A program made the translations under genes and the position numbers. The notes below the pieces were generated by a model, which did not search any database, was not told the origin of the DNA, and worked only from the letters and a program-made list of their open reading frames with translations. Source: Octopus sinensis (taxonomy: Eukaryota). From it: a stretch of 64,000 bases of DNA. This document shows, piece by piece, positions 22,809 through 33,517 of the stretch. How positions within the stretch are numbered: the stretch's first letter is position 1; the number at the start of each line of letters is the position of its first letter. The stretch spans positions 105,462,001-105,526,000 of the forward strand of contig NC_043003.1 in the NCBI RefSeq assembly GCF_006345805.1. The letters run 5' to 3'.

Positions 22809-25450
22809 TAATATCACTAATTATACACATTGTATAAACCTATTTCTGTCTCATTTATTAGGTATGATATCAGTAACATCAACAAGCAATTCATGTTGGA
22901 TGCTGTGACTCTCAAGTCAGGAGCTCTTTCAGTTGTCATCTACTTCATCTGTATTGTGATGCATGTGAGTGTTGTGCACATCGATGACAAGATGTTTCTT
23001 TACAACATGACTTCTCTCTTCAACAACACACAAGTAAGTTACAACAACATTGTTTTGCATTTCGCTATTTTTTCATCATCATCATCGTTTAACATCTGCT
23101 TTCCATGCTAGCATGGGTTGGATGATTTGACTGAGGACTGGCGAGCCAGAAGGCTGCACCAGGCTCCAATCTGATCTGGCAGAGTTTCTACAGCTGGATG
23201 CCTTTCCTAACACCAACCACTCTGAGAGTGTAGTGGGTGCTTTTTAGGTGACACTGGCATGAGGGCCAGTCAGGTGGTACTGGCATTGACCATGCTCGAA
23301 TGGTGCTTTTTAAAATGATATTCATGGTTGATTTCACCCTCTGCCCATGGCCACCACTCCTTATGATCTTTAGTTTTGATACAAGTGAATAGTTATTCAG
23401 ACTAAATGCTTTCAAGTATCCTGTTTTATTTATTTTTTTTACATTAAGTTCAAATATGTGAAGGTGTGTTGCCCATTGGTTAGGATGTTGCACTCATAAT
23501 TGCTAGAACATGGGTTCAATTCCCAGTCTGAGTGGCACATTATATTCTTGGGCAAAACACTTCATTTAATGTTGCTCCATTCCACTCAGCTGGGGTCACA
23601 CTGTGATGGACTGGCTTTCCAATCAGGGGTGGGGGTCAGACATCGGCCTTCTCACTTAGCCAGTGAGGTGGCATCACGCAAAAGCTTTAAAATGATGCAA
23701 AGCACATTGTGACCAGCGATGTATAACAACATCTGATAGTCTGGTCAATTCTGTGTTACCGTGAAGTTAAAATATACCATGGATTTGTATTCCGGTTTTA
23801 GAAAAGATACACCACGTCACTGCATGTTGTAAGCAGTGACTCAAGGGAATGGCAAAAGATAGGGCATCTTGTTGTAAAACACTGACTTAGAAAACCTGTC
23901 CAACCCATGCCAGCATGGAAAAGTAGATGTAAAATGATGATGATGATGATGATGATGCTGATGATACCCCAAGTTTGGTTCATAAACAAATACCAGTCAT
24001 ATCATAGGGTTGATTCGGTTGACTATAACCCTTCCCCTTCAAATTGTGTCAATGTGAGAGACCAATATATCTTTGGAACATTTATAGTTTGGGCTGTATT
24101 GTCTTTGAGAAGGGCACAAAGTCCATGAAATACGTTCGGTTTCACTGACTTTTTTTTTTAATCCAGTTCTGAATCTAAATTCTGCTGGGTTCAATTTTCC
24201 CTTTCATTCCTTCAGGGTAAGATTTAGTAGAAGACTCTGAAATGTGTTGTGGGTCAGTTGCTTCTCCTGTAAATGCTTGACCTTGTGCCAATTAGCATTC
24301 AATATTTAAGTTGTCAATCATGACTCATTAATCCTGTCCACCCCTCTCGACCCCTTCTCTTATGTTCACCTTTCTGTAACTCGAAGAAAAGAAAAAATGC
24401 AAAAATATTAAATAACCTGAAAATGGGATAACCATGAATGCCCTCTACAGTAACACACTTGTTCCTGTCCCTCTATCATACGTTAACCTCATGTCAACTG
24501 GTATAAAGCCATCTCCCCACCCTTCATTCCTATAAATATTGTTTTAGCTCTATTTATTCATTGAGTAACTTCTTCACAGTAACCTTCCTGATTTTTTATT
24601 TGTCCTAAATACTTGGATTTTTTACTACATCATCATCATCATCACCAGGATTTAACATCCTCTTCTATGCTGGCATGGGTTGGACAGTTTAACAGAAGCT
24701 GCTGAGGCCGAGAACTGCACCAGGACCCATTGTCAGTTTTGGCAGGGTTTCTATGGCTGGATGCCCTTCCTAATGTCAATCACTTTACAGAGTGTGCTGG
24801 GTGCTTCTTATGTGGCACTAACACCAGCACTTTTTACACACTTTTATATTTACTTCTTTGGGTTCTGTCTTGCTAATAACCATTGACTTTGTCTTTTTTG
24901 TAATCATATTTTGGCATTTCTTGTTACTCTGCTCTCTTAAATCCTTAAAAATGTTTTAGCCCGAAGGCTGTGGCCATGCTGGGGCACCACTGCTGATATC
25001 ATGAGGTCTCACCGAGACATGAACTCGGATCGCTGGATTCAAAGTCCAGAGTGCTAACCATTACAATTTCTTATAATTTCTCGTTGCTCTCTGCCAGAAA
25101 TACTGTTTCAATGGCGTTATCTTATATTCTTACCGTAACATTATAACATAACAGTGCAGTTGTTGTTATTGTTTGTTTTTAATAATACTTCTTTTGAAGC
25201 AATCAATGTATTTTACTTTTGTCTTTTGCTACAAATAAAAATATCACTATTCATATCCTTCCAGGAATTTTCAGAGGATCTTGCGACTTGGAAGATCATC
25301 AACCTACTCCGAGGTGTGGCAGTCATACTGGGGTGGCTTTTGCTGTCGATTTTCCCCAATACTGACCGTCTGGTCGAGAATCTATCGGAAAGTGTTGGCG
25401 ACATTCTTGGCCCACACACAAGAACTCAAAATATTTCTACCATTTCCTAA
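7808..25450 (+). CDS. TMEM237: TMEM237 orthologue, spliced CDS: join(7808..8101,11761..12025,13436..13760,22862..23033,25265..25450); 1242 nt = 413 aa + stop
   Basis: Five segments join in frame through GT-AG introns (phases 0,1,2,0). Basic/Pro-rich N-terminus with poly-Lys tracts; SQPVDKLFIETKRSF resembles human SQPVGKVFVEKSRRF; hydrophobic C-terminal half (HRMWQTFCLFFHGLTAGIGLWQVV; ALPVQSLFYGLLVICLVSACDR; WKIINLLRGVAVILGWLLLS) matches my recollection of the TMEM237 membrane region. Length is similar to vertebrate TMEM237 (~400 aa). Confidence 0.9.
7830..7843 (+). promoter_or_regulatory. Candidate RFX X-box (GTTGCCAAGTAAAC) just upstream of ATG 7853
   Basis: GTTGCC-A-AGTAAA matches GTNRCC(N0-3)RGYAAC with one mismatch. 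RFX control of ciliary transition-zone genes is established; function here is inferred. Confidence 0.45.
8657..8835 (-). mobile_element. RTE 3' fragment in TMEM237 intron 1
   Basis: ctggatgctcttcctaatgccaaccactttacagagtg core; further copies at ~10083-10330, 10418-10790 and 10940-11250. Confidence 0.7.
9440..9620 (-). mobile_element. SINE family A 5' fragment
   Basis: gggcttcttccagtttccatctaccaaatcc...ggttgggaagcaagcttcttaacc is the reverse complement of the family A head. Confidence 0.6.
11269..11652 (+). mobile_element. tRNA-derived SINE, family C (tggaggcgcaatggcc head), full length with TSD
   Basis: A box tggcccagtggttagg, B box gtttcgattcc; flanked by ACTATWGAGGATATAG(TGGAGG) at 11253-11274 and 11652-11673; second full copy at 55051-55434(-). 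Confidence 0.9.
11761..12025 (+). CDS. TMEM237: TMEM237 coding exon 2
   Basis: Acceptor ctttacag|ATT, donor AAAA|gtatgt; encodes IDSQSSS...KKRKKKKKQEE...SQPVDKLFIETK; phase 0 in, phase 1 out. Confidence 0.88.
12440..12725 (-). mobile_element. RTE 3' fragment in intron 2
   Basis: (CAT)n plus catccattttccatgctggcatgggttggacgg core. Confidence 0.75.
12857..13245 (+). mobile_element. SINE family A, full length
   Basis: Near-identical to 29836-30225 and 47043-47441(-). Confidence 0.9.
13436..13760 (+). CDS. TMEM237: TMEM237 coding exon 3 (first two TM segments)
   Basis: Acceptor cttttttctaaccag|GG, donor GACAG|gtaaga; encodes (R)SFKTEV...THRMWQTFCLFFHGLTAG...SACD(R). Confidence 0.92.
13900..14760 (-). 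mobile_element. RTE 3' fragment with internally duplicated 100-bp unit and GA-rich extension
   Basis: Dimer of the same 100-bp unit as the 2099-2940 array at ~14100-14280. Confidence 0.65.
14970..15285 (+). mobile_element. Decayed RTE ORF2 C-terminus and 3' UTR
   Basis: Broken translation resembling RTE 'LRE.LGV..I.D...RL.WYGHV.RM'; ends cagcccatgttagaatgggaaaatggttgttaaaatg like the RTE tail. Confidence 0.5.
15700..15803 (+). ncRNA. Type I hammerhead ribozyme motif with palindromic stem III (dimer type)
   Basis: Stem I CACC(15700-03)/GGTG(15800-03); CTGATGA 15704-10; stem II GTTTC/GAAAT with a 67-nt loop; GAAAC 15788-92; palindrome ACAATTGT; GUA cleavage triplet at 15797-99. Confidence 0.65.
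15990..16205 (-). mobile_element. Non-autonomous repeat, probably Penelope-related; homologue at 22540-22700(+)
   Basis: Shared cttagwtttycwtggggctgrcc...ggagca...cagccraaa...gactgawga...aatgacccgtc blocks, with a CTGATGA motif. Confidence 0.45.
16853..18438 (-). mobile_element. ORF1-only (HAL1-like) retroelement A, complete, with 13-bp TSD
   Basis: TACTCCTTGGTGG at 16840-16852 and 18439-18451; ~190-nt 5' UTR, ATG 18249, decayed ORF with VRFASIEEA, LLPTYLGKR and ITVEGRPLTCYGC; 3' UTR with AATAAA (16861-66) just inside the TSD; no ORF2. Confidence 0.75.
18452..19760 (-). mobile_element. ORF1-only retroelement B, 5'-truncated, diverged relative of A
   Basis: VRFATKEEV, LLPTYRGRR, intact CX2CX4HX4C knuckle CYICGVRGHMKTQC (~19358-19399), K/E-rich tract, 3' UTR with AATAAA at 18471-76. 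Confidence 0.7.
19765..21010 (-). mobile_element. Penelope-like element 3' fragment with GIY-YIG endonuclease (Naiad-type linker)
   Basis: IWFAPPF...FFKILQSNFPKHHKYY...STVKFSYS, Asn-rich linker, CNCRAPQTCPLAGSC (CxCx5Cx5C), VVYKC..IYKD..FKRQHRAH..SF; frameshift near 20318. Confidence 0.8.
21061..21335 (+). mobile_element. SINE with family C head but a different 3' module
   Basis: First ~150 nt match 11269; the 3' part cattgtgaccagcg...acaacatctgatggtctggtc matches 23700-23750 instead. Confidence 0.8.
21341..22126 (-). mobile_element. Internally deleted Tc1/mariner DD37D (maT-like) transposon
   Basis: TA|CAGGGTG...CACCCTG|TA termini; transposase remnant VMVFAVITSDCDIMPPFIFPHGL...VVLPCVKRMAAGRPCVWQQ. 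Confidence 0.85.
22862..23033 (+). CDS. TMEM237: TMEM237 coding exon 4
   Basis: Acceptor tctcatttattag|G, donor CAA|gtaagt; encodes (R)YDISNINKQFMLDAVTLKSGALSVVIYFICIVMHVSVVHIDDKMFLYNMTSLFNNTQ; phase 2 in, phase 0 out. Confidence 0.9.
23080..23310 (-). mobile_element. RTE 3' fragment in intron 4 (others at ~23860-23960(+) and 24628-24840(-))
   Basis: (CAT)n plus cgtttaacatctgctttccatgctagcatgggttgg core. Confidence 0.75.
25004..25065 (-). pseudogene. 5'-truncated tRNA-Gln(TTG) copy
   Basis: Reverse complement TGTAATGGTTAGCACTCTGGACTTTGAATCCAGCGATCCGAGTTCATGTCTCGGTGAGACCT closely matches the metazoan tRNA-Gln from about position 11 onward; the 5' acceptor strand is absent. Confidence 0.85.
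25265..25450 (+). CDS. TMEM237: TMEM237 terminal coding exon 5
   Basis: Acceptor atatccttccag|GAA; EFSEDLATWKIINLLRGVAVILGWLLLSIFPNTDRLVENL...IS then TAA at 25448-25450. Confidence 0.9.
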   Translation, partial: EFSEDLATWKIINLLRGVAVILGWLLLSIFPNTDRLVENLSESVGDILGPHTRTQNISTIS

Positions 25451-25693
25451 AAATACATCATCATCATTATCATTGACAAGGTGCGAGTGAGCAGAATTGT
25501 TGCCATTCTGAACAAAATGCTTCATGGCATTTCTTCCAGCACTTTATGTTCTGTGTTCAAATTCTGCCGAGGTCAACTTTGCCTTTAAACCTTTTGGGAT
25601 CAATACAAATAAATACCAGTTATGCACTGGGGTTGATGAATTCAACTTCCTCCTTCCCTCAAAATTACTAGCCTTGTGCCTATAGTAGAAAGA

Positions 25694-25729
<36 letters not shown>

Positions 25730-28700
25730 GATGACTGACTTAATGTCTTTTATCAAAACACCCATATCTTTTTATTTAAAAAAATCTATTTATGATGAAA
25801 TTTGTGGTTATAGGGTTATATATTTTTCTAAAAGCCACTGAGTTTATAAATTCACCTTTTGACCAAGTGGTTTTTTATGTTATTTTACTACTGAGGTCAG
25901 CTAATCAAACACCCAGTGTTGGCAAGTCAAAATAGGATATTTATTCATGTATAATATGCAGTGAAGGGCAATCTTGGTGATTTTAGTCACTTATTCACCA
26001 TGGAAACCAGGTAACCAGCCTTATGGGTTCCAGGGCTGAAGAGAAATTTATAAAAACAATATTCTACAGGAAAGATATTTTTTCTAGGATTTTATTGATC
26101 ATAATCAAGGGTGTGCATTATACACAAGTGCATCACCATCATCATCATCATCATCATCATTTAACATCTGTTTTCCATGCTGGCATGGGTTGGATGGTTT
26201 GACAGGAGCCTCACCAGGTTCCACTGTCTGCTTTGGCATGGTTTCCACAGTTGGCTGCTCCTCCTAACACCAACCACTTTACAGAGTGTTCTGGGTGCTT
26301 TTTATATGCCACCAGCACCAACAAGTGCATATTATACACAATTATAGTGCCACAAAACATATTTGTTTCTGTTTTAGCATTTATCTTGTGTTACATGAAG
26401 TCTGTTTGTTTCATTGTAGCCACCAAGATGTTGCATCCTGTTGATGCATCACTTGGTCTAACATTGGAGGGCCAGTGTTACCATTATCTGGGTTCAGAAA
26501 GACTGGTTTTCTGAGATGGAGAATGGTAATAGGAAGTGGAATAGGAACTCAGAATATAAAGAATCAAAACAGACATCATCTTGAATCATCTTGTCTGCTG
26601 CTTTGTTTTGAGATCTGTTCTTGTCTGATCCATTCACTGTTTCACTTTCCTACTAACTTGGAACGGTACTTTAATTGACCCACAAAAAGAAAGAAAAAAA
26701 ATAAAAAGCAAAGTTGACCTCCTGTGGATTTGAACTCAGATCACGGGTAACCAGAATAAATACTGAACTCATTCTCTCTCTCTCTGATGCTCTAACAATT
26801 TCTCACAATTTACTACTTTAATACAAAAAGAAAAAAAAAACTGTTTATACAAACCAATTAAAAAAAATATGAGACTGATTGTTTCCACTCACACCTGGAA
26901 TTGGATTAATTAAATTTTGTGAGTCATTTTCTTCCGTCCAAATTTTTTGAACTGAAACATTGAACTAATGTTTAATAGGTCTTTGGATTCACTTGTGCCA
27001 AACTTTTAGTCTTTTGAAAGTCTAAATACTTTTCCAAAATATAAGCATCCATATAACCAAACCATTTCTCAATTGTATTTTCTGGAACATTAAGTGAATA
27101 AGAGACAAATCTCTTTGAGAACAGCCTCTTGGTCTAGCACAGGCATCTCTCCAACTGGGGAAACTGAACACAGCCTTGCAGTTTGACAGTTAAGGCCTGG
27201 TTGGGTAGTTAAGAAGTTTGCTTTCCAACCACATGCTTTCAGGTTCAATCTCACTGCATAGCACCTTGGGCAAGTCTCTTATACTATAACCCCAGGCTTT
27301 GTGAGTTGATTTGGTAGATGGAAACTGAAGGAAGTGTGTATGTGTATATATTTATTTATGCATGTGTGTGTGTGTGAGAGAGAGAGAGAGTACATTTGTG
27401 TCTCCTTGTCTTGAGATCACATAATGTTGTAAATGATTGTCATTCATTTTCATTCTTCTGGGAAAATGTTACCATGGAAACAGGTGAGGGTTGGTGACAG
27501 GAAGGGTATCCAGCCGTTGAAAATCTGCCTCAATAAACTCCGTCCAACCCATGCTGTCATGGAAAAGTGAGTGTTGAAATGATAATGATGTTTGCCTCAG
27601 TGTTACTGCTGATGATAGTGAGATGTAATTTTCATGGTACTCTGTTGAGAGTGAAGTACCTTGCTTACAGACAAGCTGCAGTGCTATAGATTTGAACAGA
27701 ATTTTCAACCTGTCACCTATTCCTTTAATTTCCATTTAATCAAGCCATCTGTCCACTAATTAAACAGACATTATCAATTAGCAATACTTTCAGACTTTTC
27801 CTCTAACCAGAGTTAGCTATTGTAAGGTAAGAAATACATGGTTTGATTTTCTGATAGAATATAAAGAAAATGTTACCACTGGGAGCCCTCAGCCTTCTGA
27901 AGAAATGCATTTGATGCTTAGAAGTATTTCAGAATGTAAACAGAAAGAAAAGTGAAACAATATTATAGTTAAAATTAAAAGTGAAAGAATAAAAGTATAA
28001 CAACAACATATCACATTACAATATAGATGTTATTGTTTCACTTTTGACATGTAAAACAGAACCAGTCTAAGAGATTGCTTTGAACCCAGATTAGGCAAGA
28101 CACTCCATGGATTCTAAGTAATGCATGTGTAAAATTTGAGTGAAATTGGTTGGGTGGTTCTCGAGTTTTAGGGCTTCTCACATTCTCAGTTTTATATATA
28201 TAGATAGATTACTATTAAAAGGTGGTGTGCTGGCAGAATCGTTAGCACACCAGACAAAATGCTTAGCAGTATTTCACCCTTCCTTACATTCTGAGTTCAA
28301 TTCCTCCAAGGTCGACTTTGCCTTTCATCTTCTCAGGGTTGATAAATCAAGTACCAGTGAAACACTGGGGTTGATGTAATCAACTAGTTCCCCTCCCCCA
28401 AAATTTCAGGCCTTGTGCCTTTAATAGAAAACATTATTATTCATTTATTCACTTAACTTCTTCCAATTTACCAATATCATCTCTCAGCGCCAATTCACAG
28501 CTTAGAGATGTAACACTTTCCTCAATGTATGATCTGCTCCAAGTATGGCTACCAATTGAATACTTTGTATGAAGTTTGGTTTTTGCAGCTTTCAATACCT
28601 ATTTCTTTACTACCCACACGGGGCTAAACACAGAGGGGACAAACAAGGACAGACAAACGGATTAAGTCGATTATATCGACCCCAGTGCGTAACTGGTACT

Positions 28701-28825
28701 TATTTCATCGACCCCGAAAGGATGAAAAGCGAAGTCGACCTCAGTACCAGAATATTGCTGTCTTTGAGATGGTCCCAAGTACACCAATCACAATAGGTAC
28801 CACAATCACTTTTGAGGCTACATTA

Positions 28826-29174
28826 TTACTTCCGCTTTAGCAAAGGCAGAGGTATTATTTTCAGTTGTGTTTGTCCATGGATAAGATATCTCAAGAACCA
28901 CTGGATGTATTTGGATGAAACTTTCAGGGATGTTTGACCTCACAACTAGCACGAGCTGAATAGATTTATCAATCCGGTACTGGACAAGGATTCCGGATTA
29001 TTTTTCCTGTTTTTTACTTAATTTTTGAGAGCAGTTGGGTTCATTTTTAGTATTCTTGTTTGTGAGAGCAGTTGAGTTTATTTCGGATATTCTCATTTTA
29101 AAAATCATCTCCAGCCAATTGTTGAGAGGATGTTGGTGTTGCCTTGGCGGAGGTTTGTGCTCTCTGAGTGCTTT
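28826..29174 (+). mobile_element. Helentron-associated non-autonomous element (HINE / DINE-1-like)
   Basis: 5' ttacttccgc...aaggcagagg, internal gatatctcaagaaccactggatg..gatgaaactt, 3' ccttggcggagg followed by the small hairpin gtgctc-tct-gagtgc and a T run. Confidence 0.65.
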
Positions 29175-29835
29175 TGTTATTATTATTATTAAGGTGGCGA
29201 GCTGGCAGAATCATTAGCATGCCTGGCAAAATGCTTAGCGACATTTTGCCCATCACTACGTTCTGAGTTCAAATTCTGCTGAGGTCAACTTTGCCTTTCA
29301 TCCTTTCAGGGTCAATAAAATAAGTACCAGTTGAACACTGGGGTTGATGTAATTCACTCGTCCCTTCTAAAATTGCTATCCTTGTGGCAAAATTTGAAAC
29401 CTTTATTATTATTATTATCATTATTATTATTATTATTATTATTATGATTATTATTATTATTATCATTATTATTATTATTATTATTAATATCATTATTATT
29501 ATTATTAAATAGCAAATGTTATTTACATGGAAAATTAATTGATAATATCTCAGTTGATTTATTAATTGTTCCTCTTTACGGCAAAGGAGAATAATTGTAC
29601 ATTATAAAAGCAATATATATATTTTATACCAAAGACCTGAAGACATTGATTTATTTCTGGAAATTTCTTCGTTAATAAAAACCAAAAAAAAACCTGTTCA
29701 ACTATTTATCAGTTTTCTTGTCATTCATTTAGAGACCAAACAGTTTTATTTTTTCTCTGTCGAACAAATAAAGGTTTATGTTATTACATTCCTCCATGCC
29801 ATGTGAACCAATTTGTAAATGGAAAACAATAGGCG

Positions 29836-30225
29836 TAGGAGTGGCTGTGTGGTAAGTAGCTTGCTTACCAACCACATGGTTCCGGGTTCAGTCCCACTGC
29901 GTGGCACCTTGGGCAAGTGTCTTCTACTATAGCCACGGGCCGACCAAAGCCTTGTGAGTGGATTTGGTAGACGGAAACTGAAAGAAGCCCGTCGTATATA
30001 TGTATATATATATATATATACGTGTGTGTGTGTGCTTGTCTCCCCAACATCGCTTGACAACCGATGCTGGTGTGTTTATGTCCCCGTAACTTAGTGGTTC
30101 GGCAAAAGAGACCGATAGAATAAGTACTAGGCTTACAAAGAATAAGTCCTGGGGTCGATTTGCTCGACTAAAGGCGGTGCTCCAGCATGGCCACAGTCAA
30201 ATGACTGAAACAAGTAAAAGAAAAA
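29836..30225 (+). mobile_element. SINE family A, full length
   Basis: Complete head, internal (TA)(TG) tract and 3' aaatgactgaaacaagtaaaag. Confidence 0.9.
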
Positions 30226-30632
30226 GAGTCTGTATATCTATCATGATCATCATCATCAGCAGCAGCAGTGTCATTTAATGTCTGTTTCTATGCTGATATT
30301 GCTTGGATATTTCAACAGGATCTGATGAGCTTGAGGGCTGCAATGGTCCCTGATATCTGCTTTGGCAAAGTTTATACAGCTGGATAACCTTCCTAATTTT
30401 TACAGAGTGTACTGGGTGCTTTTTATGTGGCACCAACACCGGCGACCCCTTGACAGGGTTAGGTACAGTATTGAGGGAGGAGGCTTTGTGGCAAGTATTG
30501 AGAGACAAAAGTATGAGTAAAGGGTCAGGAACCAGCATTAAGAAAAGCATCCAGCCATAGAAACAAGACTTTCGAGCAAGATTTGTAGGATTTATCACAA
30601 CATAAAGTCCATACCAGCCTGGAGATTAGATG

Positions 30633-30748
30633 TTAAATGATGATGATATATGAGTGTATATATATATATGTATGTATATATATATATATAGATATAGATA
30701 TATATATATATGTATGTGTATATATGTGTATATATATATATATATGTG

Positions 30749-30780
<32 letters not shown>

Positions 30781-30807
30781 TATATTGTATATATATATAT
30801 ATATATA

Positions 30808-30883
<76 letters not shown>

Positions 30884-30884
30884 T
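30633..30884. repeat. (TA)n compound microsatellite
   Basis: Direct inspection; similar tracts at 31835-32082, 32725-33007, 43460-43560, 51813-51945, 52140-52360, 60755-60834. Confidence 0.95.
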
Positions 30885-31835
30885 ACAGAAGGTCATAAAT
30901 GAGGCGAGTGACCGGACATGCCTTCAGTCAGATCTACTGGCTGTTATCCAATGGGCAGAAAAAAACAATATGCTGCTGAACGAGGATAAATTTGAGCTAA
31001 TCCACTTTGGAAAAGAGGATGCCCTGAAACTCCCATACTCCCTTCCTTCAGGTGAAACTCTCGCGGCGTCCAACAACATCAGAGACCTGGGAGTAATTGT
31101 GGACAACAACATAAGCTGGGCCACTCATATAAACACCAAAGTTGACATGGCCCGCAGAATGTGTTCCTGGATTCTCAGAACTTTCCAGTCGAGAGATATC
31201 CACACCATTATCCTTCTCTTCTCCACCTTTGCCCGACCCCACCTTGAATACTGTTGTCCACTGTGGTCTCCCCACACAATACAAGGTATCATAAAAGTTG
31301 AAGCACCTCAAAGGGCAATCACAAAAAAGATAGATGGCATGACAGGCCTCGACTATTGGGGTCGACTAGAAAAGTTAAAACTTTATTCTCTCCAACGTCG
31401 TCGTGAGCGCTACATCATCTGCATGATGTGGAAAATATTCCATCAGCATTGCCCAAATGATGTTGGCATCACCTTTAAGGTACATCCAAGGCTTGGGCCC
31501 CGTACCATCCGCCCAAAACAAAAATCGCACTCTCATCTCATAACAACAATATGGCACAATTATTTCACCTCAATTGGCCCCGCTCTCTTTAACATTACAC
31601 CAAAACACATTAAAACAGAAACTGACCCTATAGGGTTCAAGAAGTCTTTGGACAGATTCCTTCAAGAAATCCCGGATAAACCCCTACACCCGGATATGTC
31701 TCTGTAAACAATAACTCTCTACTTGAGTGGGCCATAGCGCCCAAATTCTGACTTGAAAGACTTCACCAGGTGGTGCTATTAAGTTAGACATGGCCTGGGC
31801 CAATAATGGCCGAAACCTATCAAAGTATCAAAGTA
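30885..31835 (+). mobile_element. 5'-truncated CR1-clade LINE (RT C-terminus/thumb and 3' UTR)
   Basis: LQSDL...WAEKNNMLLNEDKF...RDLGVIVD...RPHLEYC...WSP...LYSLQRRRER; short 3' UTR ending in (TATCAAAG)2. Confidence 0.88.
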
Positions 31836-31860
31836 TATATATGTATGTATATATATATAT

Positions 31861-31925
<65 letters not shown>

Positions 31926-31998
31926 TATATATATCTATATATATATATATATATGTATATATAATATATATATGTATATATATAAATGTATATATATA

Positions 31999-32088
<90 letters not shown>

Positions 32089-32270
32089 AAGCACATAAAT
32101 GTGAAACAAGGTGGAAAAAATAGTACTCAAATACCAGAGGTAGAGTAATATGCTTTATTTAAAAGCAGCAGAAATATAACACAAGAGTTTCACGTTTCCA
32201 TTCATGGGAACATGAAACTCTGAGTAACAGCTTGTGTTATATTTCTGCTGCTTTTAAATAAAGTGTATAC

Positions 32271-32307
<37 letters not shown>

Positions 32308-32723
32308 GATAAAAACGGTAAGACAACAAAAGAAAAAAAGAGACCTCAATATTATGTAAATAGAGGAATTTATCTGTAAATGTAACATGTGACAATTATT
32401 CGATGATAAAATAATTGTCATATATAACATTTACAGATATATATGTGTGTGTGTGGTGACTACAAGATTGTGGGCTCAATTCCTAGACCAGGCATCGCAC
32501 TGTGTTCTTGAGCAAAGCACTTCATTTCACGTTGCTCTGCGATCATTTCAACATCTGATTTGTGGCACCCATTGCACCTGTGCAGGTAATGTCAATCTGA
32601 TGGATGGAGTGAGCTTATGTCCACATAAACATTTGATCTCTATAAACAAATCATATGTGTGGTTGTCCGATAAGAAACTGTTGAACACTTATACGTTGTC
32701 TAACAACAGGAGAGTCCACCATA

Positions 32724-32764
<41 letters not shown>

Positions 32765-32802
32765 TATATATACACACACACACATATATATATGTACATA
32801 AG

Positions 32803-32833
<31 letters not shown>

Positions 32834-32835
32834 GC

Positions 32836-32883
<48 letters not shown>

Positions 32884-32906
32884 GCATATATGTATATATA
32901 TATGCA

Positions 32907-32943
<37 letters not shown>

Positions 32944-33007
32944 GTGCATATATATATACATATATATATATAATATATATATATATAAATATTATATATA
33001 TATATAT

Positions 33008-33195
33008 CATCATCATCATCATCATCGTTTAACGTCCGTTTTCCGCGCTAGCACGGGTTGGACGGTTCGACTGGGGTCTGGGAAGCCAGGGGCTGCACCA
33101 GGCTCCAGTCTGATCTGGCAATGTTTCTACAGCTGGATGCCCTTCCTAACGCCAACCACTCCGCGAGTGTAGTGGGTGCTTTTTACGTGCCACCT
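33008..33195 (-). mobile_element. Young RTE 3' fragment (near-identical to 44640-44830 and 666-850)
   Basis: High identity by eye across ~190 bp. Confidence 0.85.
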
Positions 33196-33198
33196 ACA

Positions 33199-33238
<40 letters not shown>

Positions 33239-33517
33239 CATATATATATAGTTGAATAAGAAATAGAAAATATTTGCTACAGTATTATATATTTGAAAAA
33301 ATTAATAGAAATGGCTTTTCTGATAATTCAATAACTGGATGTTTGTAAGTTTACAAAATGGTGACTGATCAGAGTTTCTCGCTTAGAAACAGTCTTCAAA
33401 CTGGTATTTTATAATTTCTTATTCACTGTTAAAATAGGAGCGTTTAATTACAAACATACACTCACAGAAACAAACACTAACACGCACCTTTTTCTGATAA
33501 TTTTTCCCACTTAATAA

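Noticed and set aside
26400-26680. Coding exon downstream of TMEM237
   Set aside because: It has an acceptor-like site, but all frames on both strands close quickly and there is no recognisable motif.
30633-33172. Ile/Tyr-rich ORFs
   Set aside because: Translations of (TA)n microsatellites; the same applies to 43407-43779, 51753-52349 and 59772-60104.
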